Shown piece after piece: positions 22,075 to 32,500 of a stretch of DNA of 37,289 nucleotides. The stretch covers positions 1-37,289 of the forward strand of contig MU271419.1 in assembly GCA_021432655.1 (NCBI GenBank). Direction: 5' to 3'. The first letter of the stretch is position 1; the number at the start of each line of letters is the position of its first letter. Under the pieces are notes generated by a model. That model saw nothing but the letters and a program-made list of their open reading frames with translations. It was not told where the DNA came from and ran no database searches. The DNA comes from Atractiella rhizophila (taxonomy: Eukaryota). Both the position numbers and the translations under genes were made by a program.

Positions 22075-23091
22075 TAGGGATGGCAATCGGATCGCACCGT
22101 CCCAGACGTACGTGTCCGATACGTGTACCGTACCGGTCCGTCCTGATTGACTGTTCTTCGGGACGATAGATACGATACGCCATCCTCCACGTCCCGTCCG
22201 TTTTCATCCAGAAAATCCGTCGTATTACGGGTTACGGTGGCGGAAGGCAATTTGCAGCTGGAGCAATGGGTTACAAAGGAGGACAGTGGAGGCGATGGTC
22301 TGTGCTTCCTTTTCAGCATTCTTAGATTCTTCAACAAAACTGACACATTGAGGCTGCAGCTTATGAAACAAGACGAGCGCTCACACCGATAACACATCCT
22401 TCCTCTCCTCAAACATATAACATCTTCGACTCTCTCCATTCTCGATTATCTCGCTTCTATCGGTCATGCTCCAAGGCGGGAGCGGATGAAAATAGAGTAA
22501 TGAAGGAAATTAACCATCTCTTCAAGCATGTAACCCTGGCTTAGGAGCTGATCCACTTTCCTTTTGAAGTAAGAGTCAAAGCACAACTTGCACAACTTGT
22601 CTTTTCTGGCTCGAGATATTCTGGCTATTTCAGAACGTGTCTCCCCAAAGTGTTCTCACTTGCTTTCAGGGTTTTCAGTGCTATATGTTGTGCTGTGGGA
22701 GTCAAGCACATCTTCTCTGGTGCTTGTGATACCATAGGTATTTGCTGTCATTGTCCAGACACTGAGATACACGACCTTATCATGCTCAGGATCACATTGC
22801 GCGCTTCCTTCGTAAATCTCAGCTTACAGAGTTTGCAAATAGAGCTGATGACATTGGAGGATGACGGTGCAGAGCTGGTCAGAAGCGACGAAAGTGTGAC
22901 ACGTGACACTTGAGACGTGATGAAATTGCTATATGCCATATAACCCGTAATCCGTCGTATTCTCCCGTTTTCCGCCGTACTCGTACGTATCTGACAATGG
23001 AAATGTGTTACGGTACGATATGAGCCGAGACAGGACACGTACCGTCCGGAATTGGTGCTGAGACGACGATACGGTACGATAGCCATCCCTA
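22075..23091. mobile_element. Non-autonomous hAT-superfamily DNA transposon (1017 bp), 8-bp TSD GTTGCTAC
   Basis: Ends TAGGGATGGC / GCCATCCCTA (Ac/Ds-like). GTTGCTAC at 22067-22074 and 23092-23099. Subterminal short repeats (TACGG, CCGT, GATACG) at both ends. No recognisable transposase. Confidence 0.93.
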
Positions 23092-23327
23092 GTTGCTACT
23101 TATCTAACCGCCCTCTGGTGCCATCTTCTTCAAGTAGGTCATGTGTTGGCTTTGATGGTGAGGCTACAGGTAGTGAATGTTCTGAATTGGAGGGTTGATG
23201 ACAAAGAGAGGATATGATCGAAGAGAGTTGAAAGGAGAGCCCTGAGTGAGCTTGGGAGAGCGCTTGGTGGGTATTGGTAATCACCGGATGACTCAGTGAC
23301 TTATGTTACATTGGACTAGGACCAGAA

Positions 23328-23562
23328 TGTTGAAGTTATTATGTTTCTCGTCTTTCACTTTCTTTTGGCTCTCTTGAGTTGGCTATCGCATCTGGTGTTA
23401 GTTCCGCCCGCTCCCGTAGTTTAGTCTGTTTTCAGCTATCTGAGGTTCATCTTTTCTTCGTTGTCACTCTGATGAACCTCAGGTAGGTGACTCCTCACCA
23501 ACGTTCATGCAATACTGATGATCTTTTCTTCGTTGTCACTCTGATGAACCTCAGGTTCAACA
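23328..23562 (+). repeat. Copia 1 5' LTR (235 bp)
   Basis: TGTTGAA...TTCAACA. Internal 36-bp direct repeat at 23449 and 23521. Confidence 0.97.
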
Positions 23563-23574
23563 GGTTATGAGCCC
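23563..23574 (+). promoter_or_regulatory. PBS GGTTATGAGCCC (half initiator tRNA-Met priming)
   Basis: Directly follows the LTR. Complementary to the tRNAiMet anticodon arm GGGCUCAUAACC, as in Drosophila copia and Ty5. Confidence 0.9.
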
Positions 23575-23716
23575 AATCGTTCCCTACTGATTGAGCACTC
23601 CATTGTACCGCTCAATTCAACACCTTCTTCGATCAACAGCCGTAAACACCATCAAACAAACACGACGCGCCGCGCACAATTAAATTGCACGGTCCACAGG
23701 TCCATCCTGAAGTTTT

Positions 23717-24799
23717 ATGTCACGATCACCAAGATCAGGCAAACGATCTCTACCTCAAGATTCACAAGATCACGGCCTTGCAACCCCTGAACCATCAACT
23801 GCACCCGCGCGTGAACGTAGCCCTGCCCCTGAACCTGAAGAATTCCCGTTCGTCGCAATGGATGTGCTTCCGTCTTCTCCTCCAGTCTCTTACTCTGGTC
23901 GAAAAATCCCTACAATCCTCGACGGTCCCAACTATCGAGCATGGAAGGAAGATGCATACGAGACTCTGCGAAGCCAACAGCTCTGGCTCGTCACCTCTGG
24001 CGAGGAAAGGGAGCCCGTCGAATCTCGTTACGGTGCTGCGCTTTATCTGTTCGATCAGCACTCCATAGCTTGGAAGAACAAAAATCTACAAGCGTCCGCA
24101 CTTCTCTATGAATCGCTCTCAGACGGGATCAAGGCAAGAATCAAGGCCAACGACCTGAAAGAGAAAGCGAAGGAAATGTGGAATTGGTTGAAGAAGGAAT
24201 ACGATGCGGCAAATCATCTCTACGCCGTCACGGCGTGGAGCGCCTTCGCACGTACTCATTTCACTGGAACTACGCCTCAGCACTGGACAGAACATATGGC
24301 TGTCCTAGAAAAGAATCTCGCTGATTTCCTCAAGTACGTCGGCGAGAAGCAACTCACCACCGAAACCTGGCAATCAATCATCTTCTCCGCCCACCTCCAA
24401 GCGACGCTCCCGGATTCTCTTCGTGACAAGATGAAGCCCTACTTCTCAGCTCTCCAGGCGACAAAATCAGCTCAGGCAACTCTGGTCGATTTCACTCCAG
24501 AGTGGATCTCCAACACCATCAACACGATAATGCTGGAGGAAGGTCTCAGCGAGGTTCAGAAAGCGCAGGAACAGGCCCTGATCACTCATTCAACAACACC
24601 TGCGAGGGGTGGCGGAAACAGTGGGAGTGTAGGAGAAAAGGGGAGAAGAAACGGCTCAAACCGCTTCCCTCCATGCCCTCACTGCAGCCTGCGATCACAC
24701 ACCTCCGAATGCTGCTGGGAGCTTGAAGCCAATCGAATCCTTGCGCCTCCCGGGTATCGATTTAAGGACGGAACGGTGAACCCAAAACAAAAAAAATAA
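23717..24799 (+). CDS. gag: Copia 1 gag
   Basis: LDGPNYRAWK...LRSQQLWLV, AKEMWNWLKKEY, CCHC knuckle CPHCSLRSHTSEC. Confidence 0.92.
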   Translation: MSRSPRSGKRSLPQDSQDHGLATPEPSTAPARERSPAPEPEEFPFVAMDVLPSSPPVSYSGRKIPTILDGPNYRAWKEDAYETLRSQQLWLVTSGEEREPVESRYGAALYLFDQHSIAWKNKNLQASALLYESLSDGIKARIKANDLKEKAKEMWNWLKKEYDAANHLYAVTAWSAFARTHFTGTTPQHWTEHMAVLEKNLADFLKYVGEKQLTTETWQSIIFSAHLQATLPDSLRDKMKPYFSALQATKSAQATLVDFTPEWISNTINTIMLEEGLSEVQKAQEQALITHSTTPARGGGNSGSVGEKGRRNGSNRFPPCPHCSLRSHTSECCWELEANRILAPPGYRFKDGTVNPKQKK

Positions 24800-24800
24800 C

Positions 24801-27800
24801 GTGAAAGAAGTTGCATCACCATCTATCGACACTTCGTCCATTCCTCAGGTCGAGCAAGCCAACCTTGTCCTCAACGCCTCTGATTTCAGCTCAGACTTTG
24901 CACCGACTGCCCAAGCGACGCCGCCATTCTCCGTCCAAGACCAGGTACGGCTAGTTGAAGAAGTGCAAGCTAGCAGGGCCAATCTATCACTTGACAGAAG
25001 CATGGCCATCGCTTGCATTGACTCTGGATGCACCTCTCATGTCTTTCCTCTCGATTACATCTCTAATCGTCAGCCTCACAGCGGATCCATCGAGGTGGCG
25101 GATGGAAGGAGCATATCCATTACCACTAAAGGCACCACAGAATACACCACCCACAACAAACACGGACGACCTCTTTCCAACATCATACTTCGAAACGTTC
25201 TCCACCTCCCCTCACTCACCAACCCCCTGATAAGCGTCTCCAAACTCGTCAGCCTCTCTCTCCCACCACACGACCGCCTCAAACTCGTTTTCGAGGATGG
25301 AGCATGCAACATTTTCAACCGGGAAGGACGACTAGTAGGAATGGCAGAGGACAAAGGAGGGTTGTTTCTATTAAAAGGGGATGCGAAGAAGGTGAGCACT
25401 TGTGTCGACACTGTATCCAAGGCAGTCGATCTGAAGGTGTGGCACAATAGGCTCGCACATATCGGGATGGAAAAGATCAAAGAGTTGGTTTCGAAGTCTC
25501 TAGTTGGAGGATTGGAGGTGAAAGACTCGAAAGAAAGAAATTTCCAAGATTTTTGCGAGCCGTGTGTGATGGGAAAAATGCATCGGGGTTCGTTTCCTTC
25601 AAAACAAAGCATCGAGCTCCCGCCCACTCTACCGGGCGAGTCTGTAGTCTCCGATTTAACTGGACCTGTGCAAGTCTCTTCGTTAGGTGGTGCCTGGTAT
25701 TCAGTCGTACACGTAGATGTCCGTTCAAGAGTAGTACATCAGGAATTCATTCCAGACAAATCGAAAGCAACCGTTCTCCCATCTTTCAAGCGATTCAGAT
25801 CAATTCTTCATGCGAAAACGCAGAGAACTGTGAAAAGATGGAAAGTCGATGGTGGGGGAGAATTCGTGAATAACTTGCTACAGTCCTGGTTCGAAATCAA
25901 CAACGTGGAATGGAAAGCAACGACTCCTTACTGTCATCAAGAGAACGGGATTGCAGAACGCATCCATCGCACTCTTCGTAACCTCGCAAAGTCCATGCTT
26001 CACCACGCAAAGCTGCCTCTAACATTTTGGGCGGAAGCTCTCTACTTTGCCGGTCACGTCTACAATCGAACACCTCACTCTTCGTTACAAGGAAAAATAC
26101 CACTCACAAGCCTCAAAGGAACCAAACCATCGGTTGGCTATCTACGCACGTTCGGCTGCACAGCATGGGCACTGATTCCAGAAGAGCGAAGGAGGAAGTG
26201 GGAAAACAAAGCCATCCGCTGCATCTATCTGGGACCAGATGTCATGTTCAAATCCCATCGCTGCTGGGACCCAGTCAAACGCCGTCTGATTCGTGCACGC
26301 CATGTCGTATTTGCCGAAAACTACTTCGAAGGAAGAACAGGGTCAGATCGTCTGGATGACTACTCCTTCTGGTCAGAAGAGAACATAGACGAGTTCCCTC
26401 AAGACACACCTTCTGACGCTGGACTTCCCGATTTGGGAGTGCAAATTGCACCCTCCGCTCCAAACTCCATTGAAACGATAGCTCCAACCCCATCCATTCC
26501 GAGCTCCTTCGAGGTGAGAAATGATGAGGAGAGAGATGATTTGAAAACGGGCAGTTGCGAGGGCGCTTCACACGAAAGGGTGGACGTAAGACCCGCAATT
26601 CAGGAAAGTGATGTTCCTCTAAATGACCAGCAATACCCTGATACAACAACTGAACCTACGTTCACTCATATGCGTCCTGACATTCCTCCCGAGCCACCTT
26701 CGATCCTTCCATCAGCCTCGACTCAAACGGTCCCACCTCCTCGCCGTTCCACACGAAAGAGAATCGCGAACAGGCGTATCTTCAATAATGACTATGCGGT
26801 TGATCCGAAATACCAAGATATTCTGCGCCTTGCTTCAACCACCAGCGCTGAAAGGAGCTTGAAATTGGGCAGTTGCATGGGGGCCGAGCACGTAGTGGTG
26901 GACGTAAGACCCATCCAGCAGGAAAGTGCCCTCGCTTCGCATGATATGCACGTCCCTAACGACAGCTCTCCCATCGCGGTTCGGGTGGATGAGCTCTCAC
27001 AAAAGGACGTACAAGAAGCAATTGGCAAACGGCGCCAGACAACCCCTCCGTCCAAACAACCTGCCCTAGACTCCGTAGATTACATGTTCTCGACGCGAGC
27101 GCTACAAGATCGTGGGTGGACCCTGCGAGAGCCCCGCAGTCTCAAGGAGGCTCTAGCGAGCAATGAAGGTCCTGATTGGCTCCAGGCGTGTCGGAACGAG
27201 TGGGAGAAACAGTTCCTAAACAAAACCATAGAGGGTGAGCCGATAGAGCTTCCTGAAGGAGAAACAGCTACACCTCTCATGTGGGCGTTCCGACACAAAT
27301 ATGATATTAATGGAAAGTTAGAAAGCCTAAAAGCACCAATCTGCGTCAGCGGAGACCTTCAAACTCCTACTGGGGATCCAACTTTCGCTCCAGTGAGCAA
27401 TGGTGAGACGATTCGCGGAGTAATCGCCCTTGCTGCCCGTGAAGACCTATCCATCTATCAAGCTGACTACGAAACTGCTTTCCTTAACTCCCCAATAGAC
27501 ACCTCAAAAACTCGAATCTATATTCGTCAACCCCCTGGACTAGAGAAACCTGGAACGGAAGGGAAGGTATACCTTCTAAAAAAAGGACTATATGGCCTGT
27601 TGGAAGCAGCTCGTCTGTGGTTTGACACGCTCAAAGAAGACCTCCAAACGAAAGGTTGGACTCCCCTATGGTCCGACTCCTGTGTCTTCACAAAGAGGGT
27701 AGACGGCAAGCTCTACATCCTAGTCGTTTATGTTGACGACACGCTCCTATTGGGGAAGGATCGAGGAATTGTCCAAAGGCTTCAGCAGGAGCTGGGGACC

Positions 27801-28748
27801 TCATTCGCGATGCGAACACTTGGGGAAGTTGGGAAATTTCTTGGAATGGAAATCAAACGGGATTGGGAGAAGCGCACGATCAGCCTGACTCAAAGAGTCT
27901 ACACGGCGAGAATCTTAGAGAAGTTTGGGTTCACAAACAGCTACGCGAGTGTGCCTGCAAATCCAAAAGCAAAATTGGAACCATTCGATGGCGTTTGGAC
28001 TGAAGAAGAGCTCGCCAACAAGCCTAAGTGGTCTTTCCTGGAAGCGACCGGATGCCTCAACTGGCTTTCAATTTGCACACGGCCAGATATAACGTATGCG
28101 CTCTCAAATGTTCAGCGATTTGCAGCCAACCCTGGCCCAAATCATTATAAGGCAGTCAAACAAATCTTCCGTTACCTCAACGCAACCTCGAATAAAGGTT
28201 TGCTATTCAACGGCAACGATCGGAGACCCCTTCACGCATACGCTGACGCCTCCTTTGCCTCTCTTCTTGCCTCTCTCAAGTCGCAAGAAGGTCGGCTCAC
28301 CATGCTCTGCGGAGCACCCATCACTTTCAAATCAAAACCACAGACAGTTGTCGCCCTTTCTTCTGGTGAAGCAGAATATGGCGCTGCTGCAAAGGCAACT
28401 GCAGACCTCTTGTGGACGAGAGGTCTTTTCGAGGAACTAGGAGCCCTGGCAAGCGTCCATAACGTATCTCCTGGAGAAGAGATCCCTCCAACCACTGTCT
28501 TCGAAGACAATCAGGCTGCAATAAAGATATCAACAAACGGCGTTCACCACGCGCAAAGCAAGCCCTTCCTACTTCGCTATCATATGGTAAGAGACAACGT
28601 GCAAAAAGGGAACATCGTACTACGGTACATACAGACCAAGCACCAAATTGCCGACGTTCTCACGAAACCTCTCTCAAAGGATGTCTTTCACCAATGCATA
28701 TTCGCCATGGGAGTACGGGACATCGGAGAGCGCATTACCTTCACGTAG
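24801..28748 (+). CDS. pol: Copia 1 pol (PR-IN-RT-RNase H), +1 frame relative to gag
   Basis: IDSGCTSH, WHNRLAH, CEPCVMGK, DGGGEF, ENGIAER, LKKGLYGL, VYVDD, TRPDI, YADAS, EAEY, EDNQ, IADVLTK. Confidence 0.96.
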   Translation: MKEVASPSIDTSSIPQVEQANLVLNASDFSSDFAPTAQATPPFSVQDQVRLVEEVQASRANLSLDRSMAIACIDSGCTSHVFPLDYISNRQPHSGSIEVADGRSISITTKGTTEYTTHNKHGRPLSNIILRNVLHLPSLTNPLISVSKLVSLSLPPHDRLKLVFEDGACNIFNREGRLVGMAEDKGGLFLLKGDAKKVSTCVDTVSKAVDLKVWHNRLAHIGMEKIKELVSKSLVGGLEVKDSKERNFQDFCEPCVMGKMHRGSFPSKQSIELPPTLPGESVVSDLTGPVQVSSLGGAWYSVVHVDVRSRVVHQEFIPDKSKATVLPSFKRFRSILHAKTQRTVKRWKVDGGGEFVNNLLQSWFEINNVEWKATTPYCHQENGIAERIHRTLRNLAKSMLHHAKLPLTFWAEALYFAGHVYNRTPHSSLQGKIPLTSLKGTKPSVGYLRTFGCTAWALIPEERRRKWENKAIRCIYLGPDVMFKSHRCWDPVKRRLIRARHVVFAENYFEGRTGSDRLDDYSFWSEENIDEFPQDTPSDAGLPDLGVQIAPSAPNSIETIAPTPSIPSSFEVRNDEERDDLKTGSCEGASHERVDVRPAIQESDVPLNDQQYPDTTTEPTFTHMRPDIPPEPPSILPSASTQTVPPPRRSTRKRIANRRIFNNDYAVDPKYQDILRLASTTSAERSLKLGSCMGAEHVVVDVRPIQQESALASHDMHVPNDSSPIAVRVDELSQKDVQEAIGKRRQTTPPSKQPALDSVDYMFSTRALQDRGWTLREPRSLKEALASNEGPDWLQACRNEWEKQFLNKTIEGEPIELPEGETATPLMWAFRHKYDINGKLESLKAPICVSGDLQTPTGDPTFAPVSNGETIRGVIALAAREDLSIYQADYETAFLNSPIDTSKTRIYIRQPPGLEKPGTEGKVYLLKKGLYGLLEAARLWFDTLKEDLQTKGWTPLWSDSCVFTKRVDGKLYILVVYVDDTLLLGKDRGIVQRLQQELGTSFAMRTLGEVGKFLGMEIKRDWEKRTISLTQRVYTARILEKFGFTNSYASVPANPKAKLEPFDGVWTEEELANKPKWSFLEATGCLNWLSICTRPDITYALSNVQRFAANPGPNHYKAVKQIFRYLNATSNKGLLFNGNDRRPLHAYADASFASLLASLKSQEGRLTMLCGAPITFKSKPQTVVALSSGEAEYGAAAKATADLLWTRGLFEELGALASVHNVSPGEEIPPTTVFEDNQAAIKISTNGVHHAQSKPFLLRYHMVRDNVQKGNIVLRYIQTKHQIADVLTKPLSKDVFHQCIFAMGVRDIGERITFT

Positions 28749-28925
28749 CATCTAATCTGTTTGACAAAATGCTTGCATTGCAACTTACAGTAATATCTTG
28801 GAAAAGACGTTAAAAGAAATGCATTTGACCACACACCGTGGTTGTCTACCCTATCATTTCTGCATCTCTCCTCCTGCATTGCACCAGCTGTTTTCATTTC
28901 CGTTCGTTGTGTTACGGTAGCGTAC

Positions 28926-28935
28926 GGAGTGGGAG
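28926..28935 (+). promoter_or_regulatory. Copia 1 polypurine tract GGAGTGGGAG
   Basis: Abuts the TG of the 3' LTR. Confidence 0.85.
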
Positions 28936-29098
28936 TGTTGAAGTTATTATGTTTCTCGTCTTTCACTTTCTTTTCGCTCTCTTGAGTTGGCTATCGCATC
29001 TGGTGTTAGTTCCGCCCGCTCCCGTAGTTTAGTCTGTTTTCAGCTATCTGAGGTTCATCTTTTCTTCGTTGTCACTCTGATGAACCTCAGGTAGGTGA
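28936..29098 (+). repeat. Copia 1 3' LTR, 5' part
   Basis: Matches 23328..23490. Confidence 0.96.
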
Positions 29099-29368
29099 TG
29101 TTGGATTATGATCTTTCACAGGGCTTTCCCAGCTGGTGGTTGTTGGGCTCTTCACTTCGTTCTAGTTATGTCTTACATCTCATATCCTCCCGCACTTAGC
29201 CAACGCCGTCCGCTCATATATATACCTCCTCTTCGTTCACTGGATTCCCCATCGTCTTCCACCATCGTAAACGATTGGGGAATCCAGGTCTGTCTTCTCC
29301 TACATAGTGTTTTGCATTGCTGATCGTCTTCCACCATCGTAAACGATTGGGGAATCCAGATTCTATCA
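29099..29368 (+). repeat. Copia 2 5' LTR (270 bp)
   Basis: TGTTGG...TATCA. TATATATA at ~29217. 37-bp direct repeat at 29251 and 29323. Confidence 0.97.
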
Positions 29369-29380
29369 GGTTATGAGCCC
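29369..29380 (+). promoter_or_regulatory. PBS GGTTATGAGCCC (half tRNAiMet)
   Basis: Same 12-mer as in copia 1, directly after the LTR. Confidence 0.9.
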
Positions 29381-29501
29381 AAACCCTCGAATCTGAGGCA
29401 TCTCTGTTTCAGGTGGCAAAGTCGATTTTTTCTTGATCGAACGAAGTATCTTCTGGAGTCCGGAGCGACTATAAATCTCGTACATCTCATCTATTCGTTA
29501 C

Positions 29502-32500
29502 ATGTCGCGTAGGACGCGACTCAGGAGCAACCAAGATCACCTTCAACCTCCTTCATTTCTTCCGAACGTTTCGGAGTCCTTCCAAGGTCTCAACATTGAA
29601 GAACCGAGCATTCCCACGCCATCTACGGCTGATCTGCTCAGCTCACCACCTCCTTTCTTCACACGCGACAACTCTTTCTATCTTCCCATCGAAACCGACG
29701 ACGAATTGCCCATCATGTCTCCAGACAATATCAAGATTTCGGAGAAACTCACTCGGGCGAATTGGTCGTCATGGTCAGAAGAGGCGAAAGAATGTTTGAA
29801 GACGATGATGCTTTGGGGATATATTGCGGAGAATGCCAAAGGGGAAGTCCTAATGGCGCGACCGGTTAGGGAGCTTTACGAGGCGGCTGGACCGTCTCAG
29901 GCTATTCTTTTCAGCAAAGAGAATTCTGCCTGGCTGAAAGGGGATTGGGCTGCTAGTGCGTTCTTAAAGGCTTCGGTTGACGATGCTTTGAAAGAAATTA
30001 TTAAGGCGAAAGAGTTGGAATGGAGTGACGAAGAGAATACCGCTCATATGATCTGGAAACTTCTTCAGTCCAAATGCACGGCCGAAGGTACCCTTCAAGC
30101 TACTACAGCATGGCGAGCTTTCCTTTCCACCGCCTCCCAACCCATCTCCTCGACCTCGTATGTGGATTGGGCCAACTCTGTTCGACGATCGTGGGTGGAG
30201 ATCGAACGATATGCGGGCAAGATTACGGGACCCGACAAGATTATCTCCTTACATCTACTTTCGATGATTCCCGAGTCTCTCAGCATCAAATGGGAGACGT
30301 CATTCAAGGTTCTCCAGGAACGACACGAACGCTTACATCCCGGAACCCCTTTCAAAATCGAGCATATCTCCCCTGACACCATCGTTGAAGAAATTAGCGG
30401 GATCGTTGGAAGGGAATCTCTTACTCAAGATGGAGACCGAGCGTTTCTTATGCGACGATCTGATGGGACCGGTGGGAGTGTCAACAATGTTCATCCCAGT
30501 CGTCGTGGTTTCGTCGAGGCTGGTTCCAGATTCAGTGGGACCTGTGATCACTGCAAAAAGAAAGGACACAAGAAAGCGGAATGCTTCCAACTCCATCCAG
30601 AAAAACTCGAACAATTCCGCGCTAAGAAGGCTTCCTCGTCTCTCACCGCCAATGTCGCTGTTTCTTCGGAGACGCCTATCACAGTTTCTCCGCCTCCTTC
30701 CTTTCTCTCGGGATCGAACGTGCTCCCTACCAATGCCAATTGGGGTGATAGGCATCAGGATGTCAGCGGCAACCTTGGGACACAAGAGGTCTCTCACTTC
30801 GCCCGCTACGTTGGTGAACATCAGCCGGGTTGGAACGGGGATATCGATGCACTTTCTCTTGATATCAACGGTGCAGAGCCTGCTCACGCCCTCATTTTGC
30901 TCGACTCAGCCATCCGACATGACATCCCCGTTCCCAAAGTCGCATCTCTATCTCCTGCCTTGTCTGTCCTCGGCGACATCGCTCTCTTTGCGGCTCAAAT
31001 CAAAGGGTGTCTCGACTCAGGCTGTTCTAAGCCCACGGAATTTCGGAGGGAACTCATCCACAATTTCAGAGAGGAATCGGGTAATGAGACCGTTGAAGTT
31101 GGCAACGGAGTCAAAGTACCTATCCTGGGTCGCGGCGAAATGTTCTATTCTACTCGCACCCCGGACGGTTCTCCATGCGTCCTTCGACTTCGCGAAGTCC
31201 TCTACGTCCCTGCCATTCGGACCCCTCTCCTGTCTGTTTCTCAGATCGTTAAAGACGGGGATCACGAGGTTTTGTTTACTGCGAAAGGTGTCTACGTCCG
31301 CGTATCTGCTACTGGTGCTACCGTTGCCACCGCTTCTCTCCGCCATGGTGTCTATTGGATTGACGGTGATCCTATCCCTGCCCCTTCGTTCAGCTCTCCC
31401 CCGAGTGCGATTGCACGAGCATATCTCCCCTGACACCATCGTTGAAGAAATTAGCGGGATCGTTGGAAGGGAATCTCTTACTCAAGATGGAGACCGAGCG
31501 TTTCTTATGCGACGATCTGATGGGACCGGTGGGAGTGTCAACAATGTTCATCCCAGTCGTCGTGGTTTCGTCGAGGCTGGTTCCAGATTCAGTGGGACTT
31601 GTGATCACTGCAAAAAGAAAGGACACAAGAAAGCGGAATGCTTCCAACTCCATCCAGAAAAACTCGAACAATTCCGCGCTAAGAAGGCTTCCTCGTCTCT
31701 CACCGCGAATGTCGCTGTTTCTTCGGAGACGCCTATCACAGTTTCTCCGCCTCCTTCCTTTCTCTCAGGATCGAACGTGCTCCCTACCAATGCCAATTGG
31801 GGTGATAGGCATCAGGATGTCAGCGGCAACCTTGGGACACAAGAGGTCTCTCACTTTGCTCGCTACGTTGGTGAACATCAGCCGGGTTGGAACGGGGATA
31901 TCGATGCACTTTCTCTTGATATCAACGGTGCAGAGCCTGCTCACGCCCTCATTTTGCTCGACTCAGCCGTCCGACATGACATCCCCGTTCCCAAAGTCGC
32001 ATCTCTATCTCCTGCCTTGTCTGTCCTCGGCGACATCGCTCTCTTTGCGGCTCAAATCAAAGGGTGTCTCGACTCAGGCTGTTCTAAGCCCACGGAATTT
32101 CGGAGGGAACTCATCCACAATTTCAGAGAGGAATCGGGTAATGAGACCGTTGAAGTTGGCAACGGAGTCAAAGTACCTATCCTGGGTCGCGGCGAAATGT
32201 TCTATTCTACTCGCACCCCGGACGGTTCTCCATGCGTCCTTCGACTTCGCGAAGTCCTCTACGTCCCTGCCATTCGGACCCCTCTCCTGTCTGTTTCTCA
32301 GATCGTTAAAGACGGGGATCACGAGGTTTTGTTTACTGCGAAAGGTGTCTACGTCCGCGTATCTGCTACTGGTGCTACCGTTGCCACCGCTTCTCTCCGC
32401 CATGGTGTCTATTGGATTGACGGTGATCCTATCCCTGCCCCTTCGTTCAGCTCTCCCCCGAGTGCGATTGCGAACTCAGCTGTGTCTTTGGACGTGTGGC

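Noticed and set aside
23469..23562. Hammerhead ribozyme suggested by CTGATGA motifs (also at ~9046)
   Set aside because: No correctly placed GAAA and stem II/III. In the LTR the motifs are explained by the direct repeat and branch-point-like sequence.
29108..29323. Duplicated 71/105-aa ORF (also 35665..35982)
   Set aside because: Lies within the copia 2 LTRs and has no coding features.
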